A stretch of DNA of 62,985 bases, filler included, from Choristocarpus tenellus KU-1152 (lineage: Eukaryota; Protista; Phaeophyceae), in assembly GCA_964200185.2 (NCBI GenBank). It is 12 parts of 12 records of this genome, joined end to end, with 100 filler letters (N's around TTAATTAATTAA, not from the genome) between each part and the next. Parts side by side here need not be neighbours in the genome. Positions count along the whole stretch, not along the records: positions 3,704 to 16,302 come from CAXNAD020001770.1; positions 16,403 to 24,415 come from CAXNAD020005269.1; positions 24,516 to 30,397 come from CAXNAD020009521.1; 9 more parts are not named here. One strand, 5' to 3'. Below the pieces are notes generated by a model. The model did not search any database. It had not been told where the DNA came from and saw nothing but the letters and a program-made list of their open reading frames with translations. Shown here one piece after another: positions 14,401-25,433 of the stretch (position 1 is its first letter; each line of letters begins with the position of its first letter). The translations under genes and the position numbers were made by a program.

Positions 14401-15861
14401 GAACCTGCAAAACCTGCAAAAGCTTCTTCTTCTTGGAGGATATGAATAAGGCATGGGTTGGAGGCATGCTTGGTCAAGTTCTCGGAAATGGAAAGCTGGA
14501 GGCATTGCTCATGGCGGCAGACCCAAAGAGCCAGGGGAGGAATCAGCTTGGTCATAATATTGTGCCTCTATTCCAGGTCTTTCTATTGCTTGGTGGTTTG
14601 GATGTTATGAATCATACTACTTGTGCCATGCTTTTATGGATGAATGCACTCGGACTACATGCAGCCGGTGTATTTACTGCTATTTATCTGTTTGTGCCCC
14701 TAAATCTACAAAGTCGTGCGTAGTGGTTTATCTCATTATATAAATCTCATGAAAAGAATTATCAATTTTTCATATGTTAAACTCTCATAATTACGAAGAA
14801 GAGATCTTCTGTAATGAGTGAAATCTCATCGCTGCACTATGTATGTTGCACTCTTCGAAACAGTCCCTGTCAGGCTCATTTTTTCTGGGGGGGATAGCGG
14901 CTGTCCATTCGGGGTCCATCTTTTCATGTCGCGTTTTTGTGTGATTTGGTTGCATGTGTTGGATGGATAATTTAAGTGCGCTTCTGCTGGTCAGGGTCCA
15001 AATGGATATCCTGGTGTAGACCCCCCCCTCCCTCCCCTCCCCCAGATACTTTGAGCCTTATGTTGTACATATTCCACCAAAGATGGTATTGTTGTGGGTC
15101 TGTTGTCAATTTAGGTGATTCCAATCTAGCTGTTGGGTCAGCAGAGGACTCTACAAATGCCTTTGGACCAATGTTATGAGACCAGTTTACTCCAACCATG
15201 AATCTCTGTTTATTTACCTCCCCTGTTTGTGCTGATTGATATCTCTACCATATGCTCCTTGTAGACCTCATCACCCACCCACCTTACATTTACATTACAC
15301 CCAAGCCAAATCAATGGAGAGGTAGTCAGGTTTGGACCCTTTTGTATTCCAAGTCAGTATTCTTTCCCTGTGCAATACACTCTATTTTGTTGCTTTATGT
15401 ATACAATAGTATACACAAATCAATATTTCCCCTTTCCACACACAAAGTGATATCACGATTCAGCAAAAGCTCTTATTATTGCCCTTTCTATTGATCCTTG
15501 ATATCCAACCCTGCCTACCTCTCAGTTGATTTGATTCATCTGCAACATACGCTGCCCTGTCCAAGAGTGTAGGTTGAACCCAGTCCACCCTTCCTGGTCA
15601 ACTCTAAGAGTAACTCCTTAACCAACCCAACTCCAGGGACTTGCAGCAAGCAAAACAATAAAGGAGTTAGATGTGACAGGCCACGGCATGGGTGATATGG
15701 GTGGTGAGGCAATGGGTGCAGCACTTCGGAAGAACCGATCCTTAACAACTCTTTGCTTTGATGGTAATGGTCTGACCCTGCTGGGATTCAAGGCCCTAAG
15801 GGGGTGCTTGTATGGGAATAAGAAGTTGGTTAACGTCTCCGCCCCAGAAAAAGACCTTGCG
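3765..15861 (+). CDS. CARMIL/LRRC16-like leucine-rich repeat protein, partial multi-exon gene. Exons 3765-3867, 4583-4742, 5410-5513, 5827-5875, 6063-6103, 6532-6757, 7910-7974, 8359-8533, 9428-9755, 11052-11224, 11844-11966, 14423-14576, 15637-15861; uncertain exons ~10059-10176, 10576-10620, ~12694-12778
   Basis: AG/GT(GC) boundaries with consistent phase through most exons. Peptides LRAIRFNTHFVRLSL, LGNALLMNPRPM/LTLLDLSGNCMGDDGL and GLAASKTIKELDVTGHGMGDMGGEAMGAALRKNRSLTTLCFDGNGLTLLGF follow the RNI-like LRR pattern. They parallel CARMIL segments as I recall them ([34 protein letters not shown]). Confidence 0.75.
4232..4488. mobile_element. MITE family A (reverse orientation, intronic)
   Basis: Reverse complement of the 1282 copy; flanks AATT/AATG. 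Confidence 0.9.
10244..10502. mobile_element. MITE family A (intronic)
   Basis: TIRs and body match; flanks AAT/AAT. Confidence 0.9.
13339..13516. mobile_element. MITE family B (~170-190 bp), TIR ~GGCTCAAAGTATCTGGGGG
   Basis: TIRs with G/C runs; homologous to 14873-15057 and 30220-30388. Confidence 0.85.
14873..15057. mobile_element. MITE family B (reverse orientation)
   Basis: Reverse complement of the 13339 and 30220 copies; flanks TCA/TTA. Confidence 0.85.
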
Positions 15862-16597
15862 GTGAGAGAGGAGGTTGAAGTGAGAGAGGGGTTATGAGGA
15901 GTGAAAGGAGGAAAGGGAGTGAAGGGGTAAGGGGATTGATATGTTTGATTTTGGAGAGGAATTCATTTGATGCTCTGAAGTGTTGATTTTGAGTTTAGCA
16001 CATAATGTCACCTAGGCGGATGGCTTCATTCATTTTTTATTATTGTGAAGGTAAACATGTAGTTCAATGGTGAGGAAATAACATAGTTTCTGTTGAATAG
16101 AACTTTTAAAAAGCTTACATTGAATCAGCTTTAACGCACTTCAGTTGATGGGGGCAGTCTACACCTGGTTCAAGGCAAAGTTGGCAAAGATTTCTGCTAA
16201 ACTTTCATGGGGTTAGAGCTTGGGCTGGCTCAAAGTATCTGGGAGGGGGTGGCAGCTGTCCATTTGGGGTCAATTTTTTCATATCACGATTTTTGGGTGA
16301 TTNNNNNNNNNNNNNNNNNNNNNNNNNNNNNNNNNNNNNNNNNNNNTTAATTAATTAANNNNNNNNNNNNNNNNNNNNNNNNNNNNNNNNNNNNNNNNNN
16401 NNAGGGAGTCAATAGTCAACCTCCTTCGATTAAGGTTTGGGTCCTGTCCACACTAGCTGCACCGACACACTGGGAGGCGGTCACGAAGTGCTAACACATG
16501 GGGGCACCTCGCCCAGAGAATTGACACTGGGAAGCATGCCTCGGTCAAGGATAACAAAGGCCTAGTTCGCAAACTAGTCACGACGGGGAACACTCAC

Positions 16598-16970
16598 CCC
16601 GTACAGCTTCTCGGCCCTCTGCTGCAGCCATGTTGTAGGGTTTGCCAACGCTCAAGACATCGCTGCTTTCCAGGCCCTTCTCTGATGTTACTTTCCAATT
16701 TTGGATGGCGTCCTTCAACTCTAGGAGTTTCTTCGCCTTGGTCGCAGAGGAACTGGCTGGATAGAAGCCTGGCACGTGGATTGCGCATGCGCTGTGCGAA
16801 AACAGCTTCTCCAGCGACTCCCTTTGCAGGGTCTTCTCAGTAATGACGCCTACAGATTTACTCTCTGCAAGGTCCTCAATTCGTCCGAAGCGCCTCTCAA
16901 GTTCCCTTGCAAATCTAGCAATTCCCTCCCGACGTTGAACTTTCCCTAACAATCCCCCAGTATTCATCAT
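16598..16970 (-). CDS. First coding exon of a probable 2OG-Fe(II) oxygenase-like / uncharacterised protein (continues off contig)
   Basis: ATG at 16970, open frame to a GTGAGT donor at 16597. LQRESLEKLFSHSACAIHVPGFYP resembles the N-terminus of some 2OG-Fe(II) oxygenases; no catalytic HxD motif is visible in this exon. Confidence 0.5.
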
Positions 16971-17112
16971 GTGAGGGTATGTTTCAGAGAGAATAGTTGA
17001 TGGAGAAGTTGAAGGTCAAAGAAAGGAGAGTCTATTTTCGGGAACATCGATAACGCCTTTCCACTACATATAAAACACAACACGGTACCAACTTAAACCA
17101 AGTGTTGAGGCG
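16971..17112. promoter_or_regulatory. 142-bp divergent (bidirectional) promoter/5'UTR region
   Basis: Lies between head-to-head ATGs at 16970 (-) and 17113 (+); contains TATAAAA at ~17069. Confidence 0.55.
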
Positions 17113-18891
17113 ATGTCTGCCAACCGTGCACCTCGGGACTTCGACACCCTTATCCAACCATTAGAGCTTACTAGTGGTGGACGACCTAACCTTATTGCTG
17201 ATGAGATCGAGATTATGACGAGGGGGTGAGTGTGAAGGAGCTTGAGGGAAGTAAATGTACTTGTGCTGTTCTCCAACAATTCCACTAAGGTTGAAGGTAG
17301 GCGCTCTGAATTCATCTCCTTACTTGGGGGAGAAAATTTTCTCGACCAATATTTCCCCTTAATATCTTTCATTCTGTCGTGATTATCAGGGAGGCGAGCA
17401 TTTTCGCCTGTCAGGGAAGGAAGGCGACGGAAAGGCTGTGCAATGGCAAGGTAACCCTCACCACACACCGTTTGCTCTGGTTTGAACGAGAAGGTCCCAC
17501 TCGCGTAAACATGTGTATCAACTTGTGGGGTAAGTAAAAGCTTTAAAGTGCATGCCCTCTAGATTTAGTTTCGGAACTCATGATTTTCTGGTGGTAACAT
17601 ACTGTGCCTTAGTCACCCTGCCCACCCTCTGTGTTTCGATTTCCAGATCTTCGAGCAGTCGGGGCAAATCGTGGTGGGAGATTCAAAAGCTCGTCCAAGA
17701 TTCAACTCTTTCCGAGTGGGCAACTGCCTGTCAATGATCCAGGTATTCTGAGGTCTGGAGTTTGTTTCGTATGACAACTGAACTTGGCTACTCCAATTTG
17801 AAGACAACCCCTTCATTGTACTGTATGAAAAAGAGTATTACACGTTTTGAACTTTCACGACATAGAGACTGAAGCGCACAAATGCAAGCCATAAAACTCG
17901 ACACTTTTTGTCTTATATTATAAACAGTAGATTAACTTTTCCTAATCTTGTATGCCCGGCACTGCACATAGCCGTGATGCTGGCTGTCAAGGGACGAGAT
18001 GATTTCCTTGAAAGCCTCCAGTCAGCGTTAGACCGCAAAGCGTGGGTCAAAGAGACAGCCGCAGAAATCGTGGGGCGGCGAATGGCACACTCCGCTGGCG
18101 ATACCACGTCTGGTGCTGGTATTGCAGGTATTTTGCGACGACAAGAAGCAAACCGCAAGGCTACCAGTGAAATTGCATCTGAGGCATTCTCAGACCTCAA
18201 TACCCTTATCCAAAAGGCCAAGGAAGTGGTGGCCGTTGTTGAACGCTACTCTTTGGCCCTGAGAGAGAAGCAAGCTGAGGCTTCAAGCAATGCCTCATCT
18301 GAAGTAGATGACTTGGACAACCTACTCCTTAACATCGGCATTGCTAGTCCTGTCACAAAGAGCAGTGCGGGTACACGCTATCATCAAGAGCTGGCCCGTC
18401 AGCTGGCTGATTTCCTCTCCGCCAGCAGGGGGCGGGGTGCCACCCCTTTGAGCCTACTGGCACGCTTTGGGGGCATGATTACCTTGACTGATGTGTTTTC
18501 ATTGTTCAACCGAGCACGGGGAACAGAGTTGGTGTCACCTTCTGATCTACTCGCCACAGCACAGCTTCTGGGACCAGTGGGACTGGGAATGACATTGCGA
18601 CGATTTGACTCTGGAGTTATGGTAATCCAGGCAGATACACACAGTGACCAAGCTGTGAGTGAACGCCTTGCAAAAGAGGCAAAAGAGGATAGTGGGGGCC
18701 TGGTAGCAACTCAGGTGGCCAGAAACATGAGTGTGTCTGTGACCCTTGCTGTGGAGCACCTCAACACTGCTGAGAGGTCAGAGTTGCTTTGCAGGGATGA
18801 GAGCGTGGAGGGAACAAGATTTTTTACCAATTTATTTGACCAATTTGTGTCCCACTTGGAAGAAGGCAACCATATTGTTGATGCTGTGTAG
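17113..18891 (+). CDS. VPS36: ESCRT-II subunit VPS36 (GLUE + EAP30 domains), complete; exons 17113-17225, 17390-17529, 17647-17742, 17972-18891 (422 aa)
   Basis: Phase-consistent GT-AG introns. GLUE motifs LTSGGRPNL..DEIE and VTLTTHRLLW; EAP30 motifs AGIAGILRR, EAFSDLNTLIQKAKEVV, GIASPVTK, YHQELARQLADFL, GGMITLTDVFSLFNRARGTELVSPSDL, LCRDESVEGTRFFTNLF. Confidence 0.93.
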
Positions 18892-19669
18892 TCCTTGGGG
18901 GGCGGAAGGGAGTTGGCATGAGATGATGTATCCCCTTTCTTTGTGTACATTCAGTAAAACAGTGTATAAATTTATACAGTACTCATCAGTTGATTTATTT
19001 TTCACCAAGTTTCTCCTTTGCATGGTGCCATTCCCATTCAAAATATTTTTTGTGTTCATGTTGGTTCTACAAGTATGAGCTTCACCCCTCAGCTGCTTTG
19101 TATTTCACCAAGAAGTAGGTCTGTAATGAAATTGAGAATTCATATGCCTCTCCTCCTCCCACATTGAAATTGCAGAGGAAGTGGGCTTCAATTTACTACT
19201 TCCCCTAAAAGCATATTACCCCAATGTTGTGACTACAGAAAATACAAGGGTGGCATAAATCTTTGATTTGGGGTTGTTAAAACTTAGTGGATAGCTTATG
19301 GGAATCTGTACTGACTGTTAATTTTTTGTTGTGGTGAATCGACCATCAAAACAAGAAGAGGTGGTGCACTGCAGTGGACAATGTCCAGTTACAGTCCATG
19401 AACAAGAGCTGAGTCATGAGAAAGGAATCTTTCAGTATGCAATCTCCCTGCAATCAAAATTAGCTCATTACTTTCTGTACAAAATCCTTCTCTTGCCTTG
19501 TAAATTGAGTTGATATCCAAGGGCAACAACAAGGGTGTGTGTGTGGTGAAGAATGTAGAGGCAGAAGCGTGGTAGGCCTAAAAAGAAAGTTCATCCAGGA
19601 AAAAATGTAGAGATAGTGTGCTTCTGCTTCATTTACACCTATCCTATCGTGTACTCATCTACTGCTGCA

Positions 19670-19834
19670 GTGCACATGGGAGATCCCCTGTGTCCCGAAG
19701 ACGGGGACACTTTTCACACTCTCTTTCAAGAATCTAACTCCAACCCTAACCCTAACCTGTGTTTGAGAAATAAACCTGAAGTATGACAATGAGGGTTAGT
19801 GGTGTCTTTTGAAGATGAGATCTCTCCAGTGCAC
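19670..19834. mobile_element. Small TIR element with internal CCCTAA repeats
   Basis: GTGCACATGGGAGATC ... GATCTCTCCAGTGCAC imperfect inverted ends; internal AACCCTAACCCTAACC. Confidence 0.5.
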
Positions 19835-22800
19835 TCTGCTACTCTGGAGTACTACTGAAAATAACACCCACTACACAGTACATACCTAAGAAGATTTTCT
19901 ACTTCAAATATGCATACACAGCTCTAGAAATACATATATACGGGGTACATTGGGTACTATTTTACTGTATTGTGTTGCATATACTCTTACGAGTTTGAGC
20001 AGTAAATTTCGGAATTTCTTACTGGAAATTCTTTCAACATTTTTTTTCCAACTTTCTCCTGCAACGCTTCCATAGTGTATTACTGAGTAAGAGTTGTCCT
20101 GTTACTATGCTCAAGGTATGAGGTAATTTTTTTTCTTTGGAAAACGCCACTTCCATAAAAACCTCCCAAGGTGCAAGGCACTGTGTCTGTAATGAACAAT
20201 TTTGGTGTGTGCAGTAATGATGGGCAACATGGTACACACAACAGCAGGAAGCTGCCCTTGAGCAGCAAAGTATTCCAGAGCACTGTAGGGGTGTACTTCA
20301 AGAGCACGTTTGTATACTTATCAGTCAGTGCCACACTTCCAGTACATGGAAAAACAAGATTCAGATATTTCTTTTTAGAAGACACTCTCCATGACGTGTA
20401 TCACCAGAAATCACCCCCAATATAACTCAAAATTCCTCAGAATGAATTAGTGCTGTGTACTTTATTTTGGAGTAGTGAGATTAATGTCCCCAATCAATAA
20501 ATGTGGTGTTATGTGTATCAAAACTGGATACTTTGCCAGGTTTAAGATCAGAATTGCCCCTATTCAAGGTGCCAATACAGGCTGTGACACACACAGTAGC
20601 ATGGCATTAATGTTGATTGAATATTGTTATAATCACGGCTTCACAGGGCTCTAGACCTAACAGATTTTTCAAGCACCACTAATACACACGGAGATTTAAT
20701 GAGACCAAACAGTCTTGTTACTCTGCCAACAATTATGTGAGTCCATTCAACAGAAGCACAACAACTGGTGGGAGCTGTGAGATTGGGCTTGAACAAGTAT
20801 GAAAGTAAAGTTGGTTGTAGGGAGGGTGTTTGTGGGCAACACACTATCAGGGGGGTGAGAGGAAACTGCTTTGTACACAACACTTCTGTACAAACCAAAG
20901 TAGCAGTTGCAAATAGGAAGGTCTTGAAGAGTCTTGACTTTATTGTGCAGACAAAGCATTACCTCCATCACCTTGGACTGGTGAGGAGTTCCTCGTATGA
21001 TGTAACTTACCACCACAACAAATGAGGGGAATGTATGAAGACAGAGTCAATAAGGCATTCAGGAGGCATGAACACTGCCACGCCTCACATAGATACACAA
21101 TAAACAAGAGTCTCCCCATGGACAGAAACTATCTACAGGTACTACTGCTCCAACATAACTTCAATGCTCAACGGTGCTGCTCAGTGTGGGTGGATCTATC
21201 TTGATTGAATCCCAGAATCTCTACATATTGCTCCTTAGATTGCAGGATGCTGTATCTACAGCCACCTCTTGAGGGACCAAAGGATCATCACATTATCTCT
21301 TTTCCATCAAAATCAAGACATATGTTACAATACTATAGTATGTGTATCTGAACTTGAACATGGTCCTCCTACGGGAGTGGGATGAGCAACCTGAAAAATC
21401 ATTGCACATGGGCCCAAAGAGCATCCCAGAAGTTGACGCCTTACTTTACAGAAACAAATTGTGCAAGGAGTTACTTCAAAATATACTGCACAAACAACAT
21501 CACTCTATCTTCTTTTTACTACAGGAAGAGATGGGCCAACTCCGACATAATGGAAAATTATTCGTCCCAAATGGAGCACAAAAACATAAAATACGCACTC
21601 CAGAATCGAGGGGACTCATGGATCACAGAAAAACAAACCGATACCTGGAATGGACCAGTGGAAATCCATTTCCATCCACCCCAAAGCAATAAGCTCCCCT
21701 CACCCTTCCATCTCACAGTTTCATGTGGTTCTCTTTCATAAGTACACACACAACACACACACATACTTTGACCTGCACAGGGACTCGCTACAGTAGTTGC
21801 CACCCGTTCCACTTTCTTCAAAGTGCCAACTCTTGAGATTTCTTGAGTTCAAAGTAACTACCAGGGCGTTGCAGTCACAAACGGATCCTCAACAACTGAA
21901 CTCTCCAGGTAACGGGCCAATTATTCCTCCATGTGCTCAAATTGTTGGCCATCGTTCAAAATAGAAGAGTTATATTGGACCTTGTGCCCATGGCATGCAA
22001 AACCTACAACATGGCACCTTATAATCCACAAACCAGCAAAATCAATCATCCCATCCACACTGATTTGTGTCCAAAATGTCACCATCTCTCGAGAAGGACA
22101 CGATCAATATACAACCATCATCAGCGCAAACTGTGATACAACAGTAAATCCCACCTTGTGTGTTACACGAAACTCCACTTCTGTACCCTATTACAATTGA
22201 ATCAACTCTGGGCAGCTCAACAGAGCATACACACGTATGAACGGAATACACCTTGTGCAACTACATCCCTCCCTGCAAATCAACATCTGGGGAAAGAATC
22301 ACCATCACCAACACGCGTTTGGTAACAAGAATAGACAGTGGTCTTTATCCCACCAGATCAATACACAGTATGAAGCCAATCTCTCAGCCCCTGCTGTTGC
22401 GAGCTGCACATTCTAGCTTACCAATGTGCTCCATGATAACCTTCCAATTGAGTGAGAGGATGGTAGCAAAGGGGGAAACTTTGCTCAGGTTAAATTTTGT
22501 AGGGGGAGGGCTACCTTTGTAGGTTAGGGCTTTCAAGGGGGCAATATTCGCAGGGGCAGTAAGCAATGGAAGAAAAACAAGGGTATCAAGTATCGTATCA
22601 CATTTACCTGTGGGAGGGGGAGGACAAAATTGGGATGGTTTAATAATCTAAGAAAGAAAAATCCAGCTTATCTTGCATTAATTTATATCCACGCCATACC
22701 CCCATCCCTGTACCTTACTTGGGATAATTGGTATGGGGGAAGTGGCCTTGAATCTGATGACTGTGAGGCCGTAAATATAGGAGAATATCAAAGAATGGTT

Positions 22801-23091
22801 GCTAACCTACAGTGGTAGAAACCACTGACAGAAGATTAGGCCCTAGGTGACTGCAGTAAAAAATAAATAAATCAACCCACTAATGCCTTGCAAGTCTGTC
22901 CCTTCTTGACTGAAAGAAACAACTACTCCTATTTCTCAATGCAATATTAGATTCTCCACAGACTACCATAGTTCCTTATCAGGTTCTGCGGTCTTGTCAC
23001 AGGACATTCTTGTATGGTTCAAATCATCAAATCAAAATTTCTGATCTGATATTCCTCGGAGGCAACAGTTGAGCACTTACAGAAGTCGTAC

Positions 23092-24099
23092 CTCTATGCA
23101 ACGAGAATCCTTCTGTCGCAGAGCCACCTGGAGAGGTGTGTCCTTGTCATTGACCTGTGTCAGGGACGCTCCATGCTCCAGAAGGGTTAGAACAGTCTCG
23201 GGAAGATCTAACTTGCAAGCTTGGTATAGAGGGCTTCCTCCGAGCTGTGAGATGCCCAACGGCGGGCACAAGCATTTACGAAGAAACACGTCAGAACGTG
23301 AGGGAGGCGGGTCATCAAACTATCACAACCTTGCACTACCTATTTTTGTATTATCGCATTGCGGTATGTTTCTCAAGGAACGATAACGAAATAGACAAAG
23401 TAGGCAAAGGAAATAACGCCCATCAAGTATACCATCTTGAGAGTCGCCTCGCTTCCAAAGTTGGGGTCGACGCCCTCCAGTGCTAGAAGTTCAGTGAGGA
23501 GACGAACAGCCTCGCTGTCCTCTTCGTCACCATCCGCCGCAGATATTACAGCATTGCACAAAGCCTGGAGAACTCTTTCAGCGTCTGGCTCCTGCCCTTG
23601 TTCCTCACCCTGGAGTGAAATACGCTGTTGGTTAGGCAACGTTGAGCAACACCATTTCGCTGTATTTGCAACCCTTCCTTGCAATATGCTTGAGCACAAC
23701 AGGAGTGGTTTCCATGAGTGGTTCTTTATAACGATTCTTTTCACAATACCAATCACTATCTTGCCAACACAACCCCGTACTGTACCAGCTTCAAAATAAA
23801 GAAGTTCCACAGCTAAAAGGGCACGCCCACCGTTTCCGCCAGTGCAATGATCAACACCAACAGCGTCGACGACAACAAATTTAATGCATACATTTCCATA
23901 ATAAAATAATAGTTTTTCAGGTCACCAACACAGAAGGGTCCAACTTTGCAGGCGAACGTGGTCTCACATCCTTGACCTTTGTGAGCTGCTTGAGTACTTT
24001 GTTTGGTGTTGCCAGCAATGGTGACTCATTGAGCTTACGCTTCTTAGATGTCGGCGTGTGATTCGTCGCGTTGCAACCTACCATCTCCGCATCCGGCAT
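23092..24099 (-). CDS. Ankyrin-repeat protein with basic N-terminus (NLS-like KKRK); exons ~24099-23926, 23624-23433, 23244-23092; 3' part not resolved
   Basis: AVRLLTELLALEGVDPN; GSPLYQACKLDLPETVLTLLEHGASLTQVNDKDTPLQVAL match the ankyrin consensus; AG/GT flanks on exons 2 and 3. Confidence 0.72.
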
Positions 24100-25433
24100 A
24101 GTTTTCTCGGTGGTTCCCAGTATTCACTCAACACAACCAATGCGTTCGATGTTTGAGAACGTCAAGTTTTACCCTCCTTCCGCAAGAGTCGGTGTTGGGA
24201 GGTAATGAATACCGTGCTCACAACAAAATCATATCGTCGTCCACAATCTCGTTTTGACTGACTGATATCAATCGAAATCTCTATGATTCGATAATATCGG
24301 AAACTCGAAACAGCAAAGTGAAGATTGAGACGATTTGTTCAACTGATAAATGTGAGAGTTTATGAAGTAAACTGAGTTTTGTGGGCGGGAGAATTCTGGT
24401 TGGCTGGGGGCACAGNNNNNNNNNNNNNNNNNNNNNNNNNNNNNNNNNNNNNNNNNNNNTTAATTAATTAANNNNNNNNNNNNNNNNNNNNNNNNNNNNN
24501 NNNNNNNNNNNNNNNAAACCCAAGAAAGTTTGCTTAAGGTGAGATATATTTTGACCTACAATATTTTTGAACGCCTGCCAAGCTGTGAATCCCCCCCCCC
24601 CCCTGTTTTCTTTCTGGGCTATGGAAATTAATTTGGTTGTTTTCTGGATTATTGAAAACTACGCTAGTCAACAACCTGCACACAGAAAACAACCCTTCTT
24701 TTTCATCGATCTGGGCGTATTATCGCATTTCGTATTAGGAAAACCCATTTTGCTGTACGAACACTTGTGTAAGAAAGGTGATTTAATGTATCTACATGTT
24801 AAGGTTTATGTCATACTTTTGTGTAGATACTTCCAGACGCATGAGCATCGGACCTTTTTTTTTCCTCTGCACTCGCTATTTTGTGTGCACTTGGCTTCAA
24901 TAGACTGGAAAAGAATCAAGACTGCTTCAGTAGAACAGAGAAGAACAAAAAAAACTAGGGGGTAGGGTTTCCGCATATGTTGGTAGACATCTAAAATGAA
25001 AGTATGTGGGATTTCTCCATACCTTCCGGCAATTGTCATACATCATATGTATGTGCTTCCACACACATTCAAAATCTTCAGGGTAGTGGTGATATGGTAT
25101 TACTACTGCTGTTGTATTTATTGTGGGAGTTGTCAGAGTCTATCTTGTGTGCATTTTTTTTGTAGTATTTGCATAGTATAAATATATGATAGTGATATAT
25201 GGTTCCATTATTCTTGTGTGTGCATAGTACCTTGTACGCAATGTGCTTGACAAACCAGTGAAGAAAGTAGCTGTTCGGATATAACTGTGATAACTGTGAG
25301 GAGGTGAATAATCCCCAACAATCTCGACATTTGACATCAGCTTGAGGAAGGTTGTTTCTGTTCTCGGTTGCATGTTTACATATACATATACATATGTATG
25401 TATGTATTTGGGGGGGCGTCTATGTTTGTACAG

